From an uncultured Hyphomicrobiales bacterium (GTDB lineage Bacteria > Pseudomonadota > Alphaproteobacteria > Rhizobiales > Xanthobacteraceae): a DNA stretch of 64,000 nucleotides. Made by a program: the position numbers and the translations under genes. Shown here in pieces: positions 42,915 through 51,795 of this stretch. Within the stretch, counting starts at the first letter, position 1, and each line of letters begins with the position of its first letter. Below the pieces are notes generated by a model, which searched no databases, was not told where the DNA came from, and saw only the letters and a program-made list of their open reading frames with translations. The DNA lies in contig CAIYTE010000147.1 of the NCBI GenBank assembly GCA_903929045.1, forward strand, positions 5,671 through 69,670, read 5' to 3'.

Positions 42915-44426
42915 ATGACGCCTTCTCAACCCGACGCGCTTCAGACGGCCGCCGCCGCGACGTTGCCCGGCGCGGACGCCAGCATTTTCGAACTGGCGCC
43001 GGTCTCGCTCTGGCTTGAAGACTACAGCGGCGTGAAGGCGCTGTTCGACGGCTGGCGGCGCGCCGGCGTGACCTCGCTACGCGACCATCTCAACGGCCAT
43101 CCCGAGCGCGTCAAGGAATGCGCCAGCCGCATTCGCGTGCTGCAGGTGAACCGCAAGACGTTGAACCTGTTCGGCGCCAAGGACCTCGAGCATCTGGTTA
43201 GCAATCTCGATCGCGTGTTTCGCGATGACATGCTGACGACGCACATCGACGAACTCGTCCAACTCTGGGACGGCAACAATGAATTCTCCAGCAACACCGT
43301 GAATTACTCGCTCTCGGGTGAGCGGCTCGACATTCATCTCAAGGCCACCATTCTGCCGGGCCATGAGCAAGACTGGACGCGCGTGCTGCTCGCCATCGAG
43401 GACATCACCGACCGCGAGACGGCGCGCCGCCGGCTGGTCGGCAGTGAAAGCTATGCGCGCGGCCTGTTCGCGCATTCGCCGGTGTCGCTCTGGGTGCAGG
43501 ACTTCTCCGGGGTCAAGAGCCTGATCGACGAGGTGCGGGAGCAGGGCATCACCGATCTGCGCGTCTTCACCGACGTGCACGAGGAATTCGTGCAACGATG
43601 CATCAGCGAAATCCGCATCATCGACGTCAACCGCCACACGCTCGAACTGTTCGGCGCGCCGGACAAGGAGACGCTCTATCGCAACATTCCGTCCATCCTG
43701 CGCGACGAGATGGAGCCGTGTTTCCGCGAGCAGCTGATCGATCTGTGGGACGGCAAGCTGTTTCAGCAGCGCGAAGTGGTCAACTACGCGCTCGACGGCA
43801 CCAAGCTGAACCTGCTGCTGCAATTCTCCGTCTTCCCCGACCGCGAGAAAGACTGGTCGCTGGTCCAGGTCGCGCTCACCGACATCACCGCGCGCAAGAA
43901 GGCCGAAGCCTATCTCGAATATCTCGGCAGCCACGACGCGCTGACCAAATTGTGCAACCGCACCTTCTTCGTCGATGAACTCAATCGCCTCGAGCGCAAG
44001 GGGCCGTGGCCGGTCACGGTCCTGATGGCCGATCTCAACGGCTTGAAGGCCGCCAACGACGAACTCGGCCATGCCGCGGGCGACTCGCTGTTGCGGCGCG
44101 CCGGCGAGGTGCTCAATTCGACCGTGGAAAAGCCCGCCCGCGTGGCGCGCATCGGCGGCGATGAATTCGCCGTCATCATGCCCAATGTCGAGCGCGCCGA
44201 AGGTGAGGCGATGATGAAGGTCATTCTCGACCTCGTCGCCATCAACAACGAGTTCTACACAGATCTGCCGCTCAGCCTGTCGATGGGCATTGCCACCAGC
44301 CAGCCGGGCGAGCGGCTGGAAGCCGTGGTCAAACGCGCCGATCTCGAAATGCTGGCGGCCAAGCGCGAGCACTACGAGCGCAAGGACATCGAGCGCCGGA
44401 CGCTGGCCGCGAAGAAGGCGGGCTAG
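42915..44426 (+). CDS. Diguanylate cyclase with tandem PAS-like sensor repeats
   Basis: Duplicated APVSLWLEDYSGVK / SPVSLWVQDFSGVK domains; HDALT, DLNGLK, RIGGDEF. Confidence 0.93.
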   Translation: MTPSQPDALQTAAAATLPGADASIFELAPVSLWLEDYSGVKALFDGWRRAGVTSLRDHLNGHPERVKECASRIRVLQVNRKTLNLFGAKDLEHLVSNLDRVFRDDMLTTHIDELVQLWDGNNEFSSNTVNYSLSGERLDIHLKATILPGHEQDWTRVLLAIEDITDRETARRRLVGSESYARGLFAHSPVSLWVQDFSGVKSLIDEVREQGITDLRVFTDVHEEFVQRCISEIRIIDVNRHTLELFGAPDKETLYRNIPSILRDEMEPCFREQLIDLWDGKLFQQREVVNYALDGTKLNLLLQFSVFPDREKDWSLVQVALTDITARKKAEAYLEYLGSHDALTKLCNRTFFVDELNRLERKGPWPVTVLMADLNGLKAANDELGHAAGDSLLRRAGEVLNSTVEKPARVARIGGDEFAVIMPNVERAEGEAMMKVILDLVAINNEFYTDLPLSLSMGIATSQPGERLEAVVKRADLEMLAAKREHYERKDIERRTLAAKKAG

Positions 44427-45538
44427 GCCGCCTGCTCCGGGAGGTTGAGGAAATAGCGGGTATGCCGCAACTCACCGGTTTTGATCAGCGCGCCTTTCTC
44501 AACTAGGTCTTGCAGATCTCGGGTCGCGGTCGCTTGTGAGGTATGCGTGACGACGATGTAGTTTTCGCGACTCAAGCCGCCCTTGAAGCCATCGATTCCC
44601 TCTTTGAACATGCGCGCGACGGCCTTTTTCTGGCGTTCGTTGAAAGCGCCTCCATGCTTCTCATAGAACTTGGATTTGGCGACGTAGAAATCCACGCGCC
44701 GGACGGTCGTGGCCTGAGCTTCCAGGATGGTTTTCCCGAAATAAGTAAGCCAGTCCGTTATTTCGGTTCGTTTATTGTTTCGCTCAAGCGCGTCGTAATA
44801 CGCTTTGCGCGCGCGCTCGATGGTGTAGGCCAGCGCAATCAGACTTGGCTGTCCCAGATTTTGAGCCAGTGATTTTTCGGCGATGGCTCGGCCGATGCGT
44901 CCATTGCCGTCCTCGAAAGGATGGATGCTCACGAAATAAAGATGGGCTATCCCCGCCCGCATCAGGGGCTGAAGAGGGGAGTTGCTCTGTGGTGCGGTGG
45001 CGTTGAACCACTGCACGAAAGCATCCATCTCATTTTGCATCGACGCCGACGGCGGCGCTTTGAAATACACCGTTCGCTTATCGAACCGGCCAGAGACCAC
45101 CTGCATCGGCTCGGCATGAGTCCGGTAGCGACCGACGGTGCCGAGGCTTTTGTCCGCCGCCAACAGCATCTTGTGCCACGTGAAAAGCGTTTCGTGCGTC
45201 AGGCGCGCGTCGAAGGTCGTATACAAATCGACCATCATTTCCGCGATGCCGCGCTCGGCAAGCGGCACGGGTTTGTCCTCTTCGCTGAGTCCGAATTGCT
45301 GCCGGAGCGAAGATTGGACACTGTCCCGGTCGAGTATCTCGCCCTCGATTTGCGAGGTTTTCAGGGCTTCGTCGCTTATCAACTCGATTTTGAGGGCGTT
45401 CTTATCCTCTTCGCCCACGTGCTTAAAGGCGCCGATGAATTCGCCCGAACGCAACAGAAAATCCCGCTCCAAAGGCTCTAATGCCTTTGAATCGTAGGTG
45501 AATTGCGGCCAGTCAGTCTGCTGCCAGTTCCATTTCAT
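44423..45538 (-). CDS. Fic-family AMPylase with N-terminal DUF4172 and C-terminal wHTH
   Basis: WNWQQTDWPQF; inhibitory motif TSQIEG; HPFEDGNGRIGR; SQATATRDLQDLVEKG. Confidence 0.95.
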   Translation of the reverse strand: MKWNWQQTDWPQFTYDSKALEPLERDFLLRSGEFIGAFKHVGEEDKNALKIELISDEALKTSQIEGEILDRDSVQSSLRQQFGLSEEDKPVPLAERGIAEMMVDLYTTFDARLTHETLFTWHKMLLAADKSLGTVGRYRTHAEPMQVVSGRFDKRTVYFKAPPSASMQNEMDAFVQWFNATAPQSNSPLQPLMRAGIAHLYFVSIHPFEDGNGRIGRAIAEKSLAQNLGQPSLIALAYTIERARKAYYDALERNNKRTEITDWLTYFGKTILEAQATTVRRVDFYVAKSKFYEKHGGAFNERQKKAVARMFKEGIDGFKGGLSRENYIVVTHTSQATATRDLQDLVEKGALIKTGELRHTRYFLNLPEQAA

Positions 45539-45609
45539 GAGCTATAGACCAAAATCTATAGCTCACTATACGCTGAAAAATGAGCTATAGCAAGATTGCC
45601 TATAGCTCA
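45538..45609 (-). promoter_or_regulatory. fic promoter with two palindromic operators
   Basis: TTGCTA(45593-45588)-17-TATAGT(45570-45565); TGAGCTATAG-N8-CTATAGCTCA and TGAGCTATAG-N9-CTATAGCTCA. Confidence 0.8.
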
Positions 45610-45616
45610 GGCGGCC

Positions 45617-46768
45617 CTAGGCCGCCTTCTTCCAGAGCTGCTTGGACGCCATCGCCGCGCCTTCGGCCAGCGACTGCAGCTTCATCCAGACGATCTTGGT
45701 GTCGACCTGAACGCGGCCGGCGAAGGTGCCAAAGCCGCAATCGACGCCGCCGATGACGTTCTCGCGGCCCACGGCGCTGGCGAAATTCAGCAGGCGGTCG
45801 CAGACCAGCTCCGGATGCTCGACGGTGTTCACCGTCGAGTCGATCATGCCCGGAATGATGACCTTGCCGGCCGGCAGCTTCACGTCCTTCCAGATCTTCC
45901 ACTCGTGCTCGTGACGGCCATTGGCGGCCGGGAACGACACGGCGGTCGGCTTGGCGGTCAGCACGATATCGACGATGTCCTTGAGCGGAATGTCGTGATG
46001 GCGCGGCGCCATGGTCGAGCCCCAGCACACATGCATGCGCATGCTTTCGGCCGGAATGTCGGCGACGGCGTGGTTGAGCGCGGCGACGTTCACGGTGATG
46101 ATCTTGCGGAAGTTCTCGAGGCCCTTTTCGCGGTACTGGCCGTGCCACAGCATCGCGAGATCGGGGCAGTCGAGCTGCAGCAGGAAGCCGGCGTCGACGA
46201 TGGCTTTGTATTCCTTCTTCATCACGTCGGCGATGGCGAAGACGTATTCTTCTTCCGTCTTGTAATGCGCGTTCTTGAGATAGCGCGCGATCTGGCCGGG
46301 CGAGGGCGAGGTCATGAAGACTTCCTCGGCCTTGACGCCCTGCAGCGCTTTCTTGGTCAGTTCGATGTCGGCGAGCGCGGCCGGCCAATCCTTCCAGCCG
46401 ACATCGCCTGAGCACTTCGGCCGATGCTGGAACGGCGAAGCGAACATCTTGAGCATTTCCGCGAGCTCGGGGAATTCCGGTTCGCCCGTGCCCATCGGCG
46501 GCGAGCTTTCGCCTTCGAATCCGGCGAGGCGGTCGAGCACATGCACGGTGTAATCGGTGCGGCCCTGTTCGCCGTCATTGATGACGTCGATGCCGCATTC
46601 GACCTGCTTGCCGGCGACGTATTTGATCGCGTCGCTCACCGCGGCGTTCAATTCGGTCTTGTGCTTGCCGTGGTCTTGTTTCTCGGCGAGCAGATATTCG
46701 ACCACCTTGGCGGTGCGCGGCAGGCTGCCGGTGTGGGTGGTGAGGATGCGGTTGGTGCTGCGTTTCAT
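45617..46768 (-). CDS. Cobalamin-independent methionine synthase II family protein (single-barrel MetE-like)
   Basis: THTGSLPR, NDGEQ, LQLDCPD, HVCWG, DCGFGT. Confidence 0.9.
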   Translation of the reverse strand: MKRSTNRILTTHTGSLPRTAKVVEYLLAEKQDHGKHKTELNAAVSDAIKYVAGKQVECGIDVINDGEQGRTDYTVHVLDRLAGFEGESSPPMGTGEPEFPELAEMLKMFASPFQHRPKCSGDVGWKDWPAALADIELTKKALQGVKAEEVFMTSPSPGQIARYLKNAHYKTEEEYVFAIADVMKKEYKAIVDAGFLLQLDCPDLAMLWHGQYREKGLENFRKIITVNVAALNHAVADIPAESMRMHVCWGSTMAPRHHDIPLKDIVDIVLTAKPTAVSFPAANGRHEHEWKIWKDVKLPAGKVIIPGMIDSTVNTVEHPELVCDRLLNFASAVGRENVIGGVDCGFGTFAGRVQVDTKIVWMKLQSLAEGAAMASKQLWKKAA

Positions 46769-46803
46769 GTCGTTTCTTCCCAGTTGAATTTTGATTTTTC
46801 TGT

Positions 46804-46921
46804 CCGCTCGTCCTCGCGCGTAGCCGCTTGAAGAACGGCGTTCTTTCGGAACGCCTATGAGCGGGGACCCAGTTCTTTCTTTTTATTGGCTCTGGATTCC
46901 CGCTTGCGCGGGAATGAGCGG
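46804..46921. repeat. Palindromic REP-like element with 41-bp nested insert (46819-46859)
   Basis: CCGCTC...GAGCGG termini; inverted homologue of 54913-55024. Confidence 0.85.
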
Positions 46922-46929
46922 AGACTTCG

Positions 46930-47229
46930 CTAGAAGGCGTGGAAGGCCTCCGTGACGTGTTCGACCTCTGGCGGCGAGGCGAAGCAGTGGCCGACCAGCT
47001 TGCGCCATTCCTGAAAGTCGGCGGAGCCGCGGAAGTCCACGGTGTGATTTTCAAGCGTCGCCCATTTGACGTAGAGGCGGTAACGCTGCGGTTTTTCGTG
47101 CGAACGCGAGATCGACATGCCGGTGCAGCCCTTGGCGCGCTTGAACAAAGGCGCGGCGGCCTTCACGCCGGCTTCGAAGTCGGCTTCCATGCCGGGCTTC
47201 ACATCGATCTGCGCAATTTCGGTGATCAT
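46930..47229 (-). CDS. Antibiotic biosynthesis monooxygenase (ABM) family protein
   Basis: MITEIAQIDVKPG..DFE, WATLENH...FRGS..FQEW. Confidence 0.88.
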   Translation of the reverse strand: MITEIAQIDVKPGMEADFEAGVKAAAPLFKRAKGCTGMSISRSHEKPQRYRLYVKWATLENHTVDFRGSADFQEWRKLVGHCFASPPEVEHVTEAFHAF

Positions 47230-47343
47230 GAGCGGCTCCAGGAACGGGAGCGGCATTATGAGTGTTCAGCCGCGCCCCGCAAGGGTGGACACGGGTCGGG
47301 GATGCTGCCCAACGCGCAGGGGTCCGGTGAGTGGGATGGCGCT

Positions 47344-48357
47344 TCAGAATGCGCGCATTTTGCGCAGCGCCCAGTAGCAAACACCGCTGGCGACAATCGC
47401 CACGGCAAGCGCCCACCAGGTGCCGCCGTCGGTGGCCTGAAACGGCAGGTCCTTGGTGTTCATGCCGAAGAAGCCGGTCACGAGCGTCGGCGGCAGCAGG
47501 CAGGCGGTGAGGATCGACAGCGTGAACAGCCGCCGGTTGGTGACCTCGGTCATCTTCGCGGCGATTTCGTCGATCAGCAGCCGGGCGCGATCATGCAGCG
47601 AGCCGACGTCGTGATCGACGGCGTCGAGCTTCTGCGCCAGCGCGCGGATGGCCTGCGCCACCGGAGCATTGTCGTGCGTCAGCCTGTGTTCGACGCGGTT
47701 GAACATGGCGCGCAGTTGCGCGAGATGGCGATGCACACGGATCGACTGCAAGCGGACGCGGCCGACGCGCGGACGCTCGTCGCTGGTGTCGCCGTGCATG
47801 ACGCGGTCTTCGATGGTGTCGAGTTCGTCGCCGAGCCGCTCCGCCATGCGGCCGACCTCATCGGCGAACTCATCGACGATGGAGTCGAGAAACGACACGG
47901 GCGTCGGGAAGCGTTTGCCTGCGTCGATGGCGCGTTGTGTTTTCTTCACCGAATGCAGCGGCGTGCGCCGCGCGCTGATCAGGGCGCGGTCGGTCATGAC
48001 GAAACGCAGCCGGCCGATGGTGTCGGACACTTCCGCCATTTCTTGCTGCAGGTCCGGCACGACGCCGACGATTTCCTGACCGAGCAGATCGATACGCAGA
48101 TGTTCTTCCGGGCCGATCAGCAGTTCCCGCGCCAAGTCCGACAGGGCGCTGTGCTGCGAGACCCAGGTGCGGCAGCGGGTGTCGGCGAGCGATAGATGCA
48201 CCCAGGTCCAGCCATTGGGATCGGCGAGGGCGTCGCCGACGGCATCATTGGCGACGCGCGTGGCGCTGCCGTCGGGCGCGAAATGATAGACCCAGACGAT
48301 GCCGGCTTCCGGCCTGGCGGTCGCGGGTTCGGTGTGGCCGGGAATGGTATTGAGCAT
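47344..48357 (-). CDS. CorA/ZntB-family divalent cation transporter
   Basis: WTWVHL, LPPTLVTGFFGMN, two C-terminal TM. Confidence 0.92.
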   Translation of the reverse strand: MLNTIPGHTEPATARPEAGIVWVYHFAPDGSATRVANDAVGDALADPNGWTWVHLSLADTRCRTWVSQHSALSDLARELLIGPEEHLRIDLLGQEIVGVVPDLQQEMAEVSDTIGRLRFVMTDRALISARRTPLHSVKKTQRAIDAGKRFPTPVSFLDSIVDEFADEVGRMAERLGDELDTIEDRVMHGDTSDERPRVGRVRLQSIRVHRHLAQLRAMFNRVEHRLTHDNAPVAQAIRALAQKLDAVDHDVGSLHDRARLLIDEIAAKMTEVTNRRLFTLSILTACLLPPTLVTGFFGMNTKDLPFQATDGGTWWALAVAIVASGVCYWALRKMRAF

Positions 48358-48424
48358 GGCGTCCTCGTCGCACTCTTGGGGGGTGCGACGAGTTGTCCTG
48401 CCGTGCATGACAGGACGATGACAG

Positions 48425-50263
48425 TTACTCGGCGGCTTCCTGATCGATGAAGCCGCCGGACTGATGACGCCACAGGCCGGCATAGGCGCCGCCGTGACGC
48501 AGCAGTTCGTCATGCGTGCCTTGTTCGACGATCTGGCCCTTGTCCATGATCACCAGCCGGTCCATGCGGGCGATGGTCGACAGCCGGTGCGCGATGGCGA
48601 TGACGGTCTTGCCGCGCATCAGCACGTCGAGGCTGGACTGGATCGCGGCCTCGACCTCGCTGTCGAGGGCGGAGGTCGCCTCGTCGAGCACCAGGATCGG
48701 CGCATCTTTGAGAATGACGCGGGCGATGGCGATGCGCTGCCGCTGGCCGCCGGACAGTTTCACGCCGCGCTCGCCGACCTGCGCGTTGTAGCCTTTGCGG
48801 CCCATCTGATCTTCGAGATCGAGGATGAAGTCGTGCGCATGCGCCATTTTCGCGGCCTCGACGATCTCGGCTTCGGTAGCGTCGGGACGGCCGTAGCGGA
48901 TGTTGTCGCGGATCGAGCGGTGCAGCAGCGACGTATCCTTCGTGACGACCGACACCTGCGTGCGCAGGCTTTCCTGCGTTACGGCGGCGATGTCCTGGCC
49001 ATCGACGAGGATGCGGCCGCCTTCGACCTCGAAGAACCGCAGCAGCAGGTTGACCACGGTCGACTTGCCGGCGCCTGAGCGGCCGACGAGGCCGATCTTC
49101 TCGCCCGGTTTGACGTGCAACGTCAGGCCGTCGATCAGCGACGTCTCGCGGCCGTAACCGAAGCGGACTTTGTCGAACAGCACGTCGCCCTGGGTCACCA
49201 CCAGCGGCTGCGCGTCATCGCGATCAACGAGCGTATGCGGCTTGGCGATGGTCATCATGCCTTCCTGCACCACGCCGATGTTTTCAAAGATGCCGGTGAC
49301 CTGCCAGGCTACCCAGCCGGAGGCGCTGACGATCTGCATGGTCATCGGCAAGGCCATGGCGACGACGCCGACGCCGATGTGGCCCTTGCTCCACAGCACG
49401 ATGGCGAAAGCCGCGGTACCGGTGATGAGCAGCGCGTTGATGGTGGTCAGTGTCAGCGCAAACAGCGTGTTGAGCCGCAACCCGTCGTGAAATCGCGCCG
49501 TGTGGTAGTCGATGGCGTCGCGCACATAGGCTTCTTCCTCCTTGGCGCGGGAGAACAACTTCACCGTGACGATGTTGGTGTAGGTATCGACGACGCGGCC
49601 GGTCAGCATCGAGCGCGCTTCCGACATGATCTTCGAGCGGTCGCGCATGCGCGGCACGAAGAAGCTGAGCATGCCGATATAGGCGGCGAACCACAGCAGC
49701 ACCGGCACGGCGAGCCACAGGTCGGCATGGGCCAACAATATGAGTGAGCTGGTGCCGTAGATGAGGATGAACCAGACGGCTGTGAGCAGCGCGACCAGGC
49801 TTTCGCGGATCGCCGGTCCCGTCTGCATGACGCGGGTGGCGATGCGGCCGGCGAAATCGTTCTGGAAGAAGGCCCAGGATTGGCGCACGACGTGCCAGTG
49901 GCTCTGCCAGCGAATGCGGTTCGAGACGTTGGCGGCGATAGCCTGATTCATGACGAGGTGCTGGCTCACCAGCGCCAGCGGCCGGCAGATGAGCAGCACG
50001 AAGACCATGCCGGCAAGCTGCGGCCAGTAGGCGGCGAGCAGACCCTGCGGGTCGTTGTGCGTGATGAGGTCGACGACCCGGCCGATAAAGACGGGAATCA
50101 TGACGTCGAGCAGGGCGACGACGAAACCGGCGGCGAACAGGCCGAGGAACAGGATCCGGGCCTGGCGCGCGAAGTGCCAATAGAACGCGATCAGCCCGGC
50201 CGGCGGCTCGGACTGGTCCGGCAATGCCACCGGCGGCAGGGATTTTTCGAAAAAGCGAAACAT
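48425..50263 (-). CDS. ABC exporter, fused permease/ATPase (MsbA-like)
   Basis: 6 TM, GRSGAGKST, LSGGQRQR, LDEATSALD, IAHRLST. Confidence 0.95.
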   Translation of the reverse strand: MFRFFEKSLPPVALPDQSEPPAGLIAFYWHFARQARILFLGLFAAGFVVALLDVMIPVFIGRVVDLITHNDPQGLLAAYWPQLAGMVFVLLICRPLALVSQHLVMNQAIAANVSNRIRWQSHWHVVRQSWAFFQNDFAGRIATRVMQTGPAIRESLVALLTAVWFILIYGTSSLILLAHADLWLAVPVLLWFAAYIGMLSFFVPRMRDRSKIMSEARSMLTGRVVDTYTNIVTVKLFSRAKEEEAYVRDAIDYHTARFHDGLRLNTLFALTLTTINALLITGTAAFAIVLWSKGHIGVGVVAMALPMTMQIVSASGWVAWQVTGIFENIGVVQEGMMTIAKPHTLVDRDDAQPLVVTQGDVLFDKVRFGYGRETSLIDGLTLHVKPGEKIGLVGRSGAGKSTVVNLLLRFFEVEGGRILVDGQDIAAVTQESLRTQVSVVTKDTSLLHRSIRDNIRYGRPDATEAEIVEAAKMAHAHDFILDLEDQMGRKGYNAQVGERGVKLSGGQRQRIAIARVILKDAPILVLDEATSALDSEVEAAIQSSLDVLMRGKTVIAIAHRLSTIARMDRLVIMDKGQIVEQGTHDELLRHGGAYAGLWRHQSGGFIDQEAAE

Positions 50264-50310
50264 CAATGAGCGGCTAAGGCGCGTTCGTGTCGGGAGCGTG
50301 GCACGTCTTT

Positions 50311-50358
50311 CCCTCCCCACACGCGCTGTTGCGCGTGGCGGGGAGTGGTCAGGGGTGG
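50311..50358. repeat. Half palindromic element (CCCTCCCC family)
   Basis: CCCTCCCCacacgcgc..gcgcgtggcGGGGAGtGG..GGGGTGG; resembles the arms of 58252-58420. Confidence 0.65.
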
Positions 50359-50369
50359 CATCACAACTT

Positions 50370-50454
50370 CGTCAAGGCCGGGCTTGTCCCGGCCATCCAC
50401 GCCTTGATTGAGCAAAGGAAGACGTGGATGCCCGGCACAAGGCCGGGCATGACG
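50370..50454. repeat. Palindromic REP-like element (GCCGGGCTTGTCCCGGC family)
   Basis: CGTCAaGGCCGGGCTTGTCCCGGCCATCCACG ... CGTGGATGCCCGGCACAAGGCCGGGCATGACG. Confidence 0.85.
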
Positions 50455-50470
50455 GCTGTGGGTGTGGACC

Positions 50471-51169
50471 TTACGCCCGCGCGTATTTTCCACGGCCGAA
50501 GTAGCGGTCCTTGTCATCGTCGCTCGCCGTGTCGCGCGCCGATTTGATGGCGCCGATCTTGGCGTAGGCCCGCTTGACGCCGTCATGGGCGCTGATCTTG
50601 TCGACCCAGGCTTTGACCGTCGGGAATTTCGACGCATCGACGCCGAGGAATTCGAAGTTGCGCAGCCACGGGAAGGCGGCAATGTCGGCGATGGTGTATT
50701 CGCTGCCGGCGACAAAGGCGTTCTTGCCGAGGCGCTCCTCGTAGAGATCGTACAGCTTGAGCAGCGCTGTGCGATAGCGCGCCTTGCCGTAGTCCTGGCC
50801 TTCGCCCGCGTACTTCGAGAAGTGTACGTGCTGGCCGGAGATCGGCCCGAGGTTCGCGACCTGCAACACGACCCACTGGATCGTCTCGTAGCGCGAAACG
50901 GGATCGTGCGGGATGAACTTGCCGGTCTTTTCGGCGAGATACATCAGGATCGCGCCGGATTCGATCACCGTATAGGGCTTGCCGGCCGGACCTTCGTGGT
51001 CGACGATCGCGGGCACCTTCTGCAGCGGGTTGATCTTGGTGTATTCGGGCGTGAACTGTTCGCCCTTGTAAACGTCGACGAGCTTGGTGTTGTAGGTCAA
51101 CCCGCACTCTTCGAGCATGATGAAAATCTTCTGCACGTTGGGGCTGGTCAGCGCATAAAGGTCGATCAT
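50471..51169 (-). CDS. Glutathione S-transferase (YfcG-like)
   Basis: TSPNVQK, INPLQKVPAI, ESGAILMYLAEK, YTIADIA.FPW. Confidence 0.93.
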   Translation of the reverse strand: MIDLYALTSPNVQKIFIMLEECGLTYNTKLVDVYKGEQFTPEYTKINPLQKVPAIVDHEGPAGKPYTVIESGAILMYLAEKTGKFIPHDPVSRYETIQWVVLQVANLGPISGQHVHFSKYAGEGQDYGKARYRTALLKLYDLYEERLGKNAFVAGSEYTIADIAAFPWLRNFEFLGVDASKFPTVKAWVDKISAHDGVKRAYAKIGAIKSARDTASDDDKDRYFGRGKYARA

Positions 51170-51239
51170 GGCGTTATGTCTCTGTGAAAGGCCGCGGACT
51201 GCGGCGGCGGATTTATAGCGGAACTCGCCCGGCGTTGTC

Positions 51240-51434
51240 TCAGGGCGCCGGCGGGCTGGCAGCCTCCGCGGCTTTCCGCAGGCAGGCGGGGCAGAGGCAG
51301 TCCTCGGCGCCGGCTTCGGGGATAGGCAGGCGATAGGGTTCGGCCGCGCACCAGCAGCCGCCGTCGAGCGAACAGGCGAACGCCGCGCCACAGCGGGCGC
51401 AGGTCAGGTTTCGGGGTGCGCTCGCTTTTTCCAG
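51240..51434 (-). CDS. Cys-rich CWC family small protein, probable CTG start (not in ORF track)
   Basis: Frame reads LTCARCGAAFACSLDGGCWCAAEPYRLPIPEAGAEDCLCPACLRK; GGAG SD 6 nt before the CTG. Confidence 0.75.
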   Translation of the reverse strand: MEKASAPRNLTCARCGAAFACSLDGGCWCAAEPYRLPIPEAGAEDCLCPACLRKAAEAASPPAP

Positions 51435-51489
51435 CAGGGTCTCCGTCCGGCGTCATATTACGTTGAGGAATCAGACATATTGCAACGGC

Positions 51490-51753
51490 ATGCTCAAAAC
51501 TCCGCTGCTCGACGCCGTTGGAACCTCCGCCGCCATCCTCACCACGCTGTGCTGGCTGCCGCAGGCAATCAAGGTCTTTCGTGACAAGGACACCCGCGCT
51601 ATTTCGCTGCCGGCGACATTGATCTTCGTCACCGGCATTTTGCTGTGGCTGATCTACGGCATCGGGATCGGCGACTGGCCGGTAATCGGCGCCAACGCGG
51701 TGTCGTTCGTGCTCATGACGGCGATCATCGCCATGAAGCTGCGCTACGGCTGA
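51490..51753 (+). CDS. SemiSWEET (PQ-loop) transporter
   Basis: 3 TM; WLPQAIK, TRAISL, LWLIYG, VIGAN. Confidence 0.9.
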   Translation: MLKTPLLDAVGTSAAILTTLCWLPQAIKVFRDKDTRAISLPATLIFVTGILLWLIYGIGIGDWPVIGANAVSFVLMTAIIAMKLRYG

Positions 51754-51795
51754 AGGCGGGACGACGAGCGCCGCCTTGCGTTGTGCCCGCGGGTC

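Larger units (their letters stand above)
44423..45627. mobile_element. Putative inserted Fic module bounded by an 11-bp direct repeat
   Basis: CTAGGCCGCCT at 44423-44433 and 45617-45627; interior visibly more AT-rich than flanks; no recombinase present. Confidence 0.55.

Noticed and set aside
45538..45609. Repeats as a mini-CRISPR array
   Set aside because: Units are 10-bp inverted half-sites with 8-15 bp gaps, and there are no cas genes; an operator fits better.
46769..46929. Cobalamin or SAM riboswitch upstream of the MetE-like gene
   Set aside because: The space is filled by a REP-like palindrome; no riboswitch core motifs seen.
51166..51456. 96-aa Arg-rich ORF in the track
   Set aside because: The overlapping frame encodes a recognisable CWC protein; this frame looks like its shadow.
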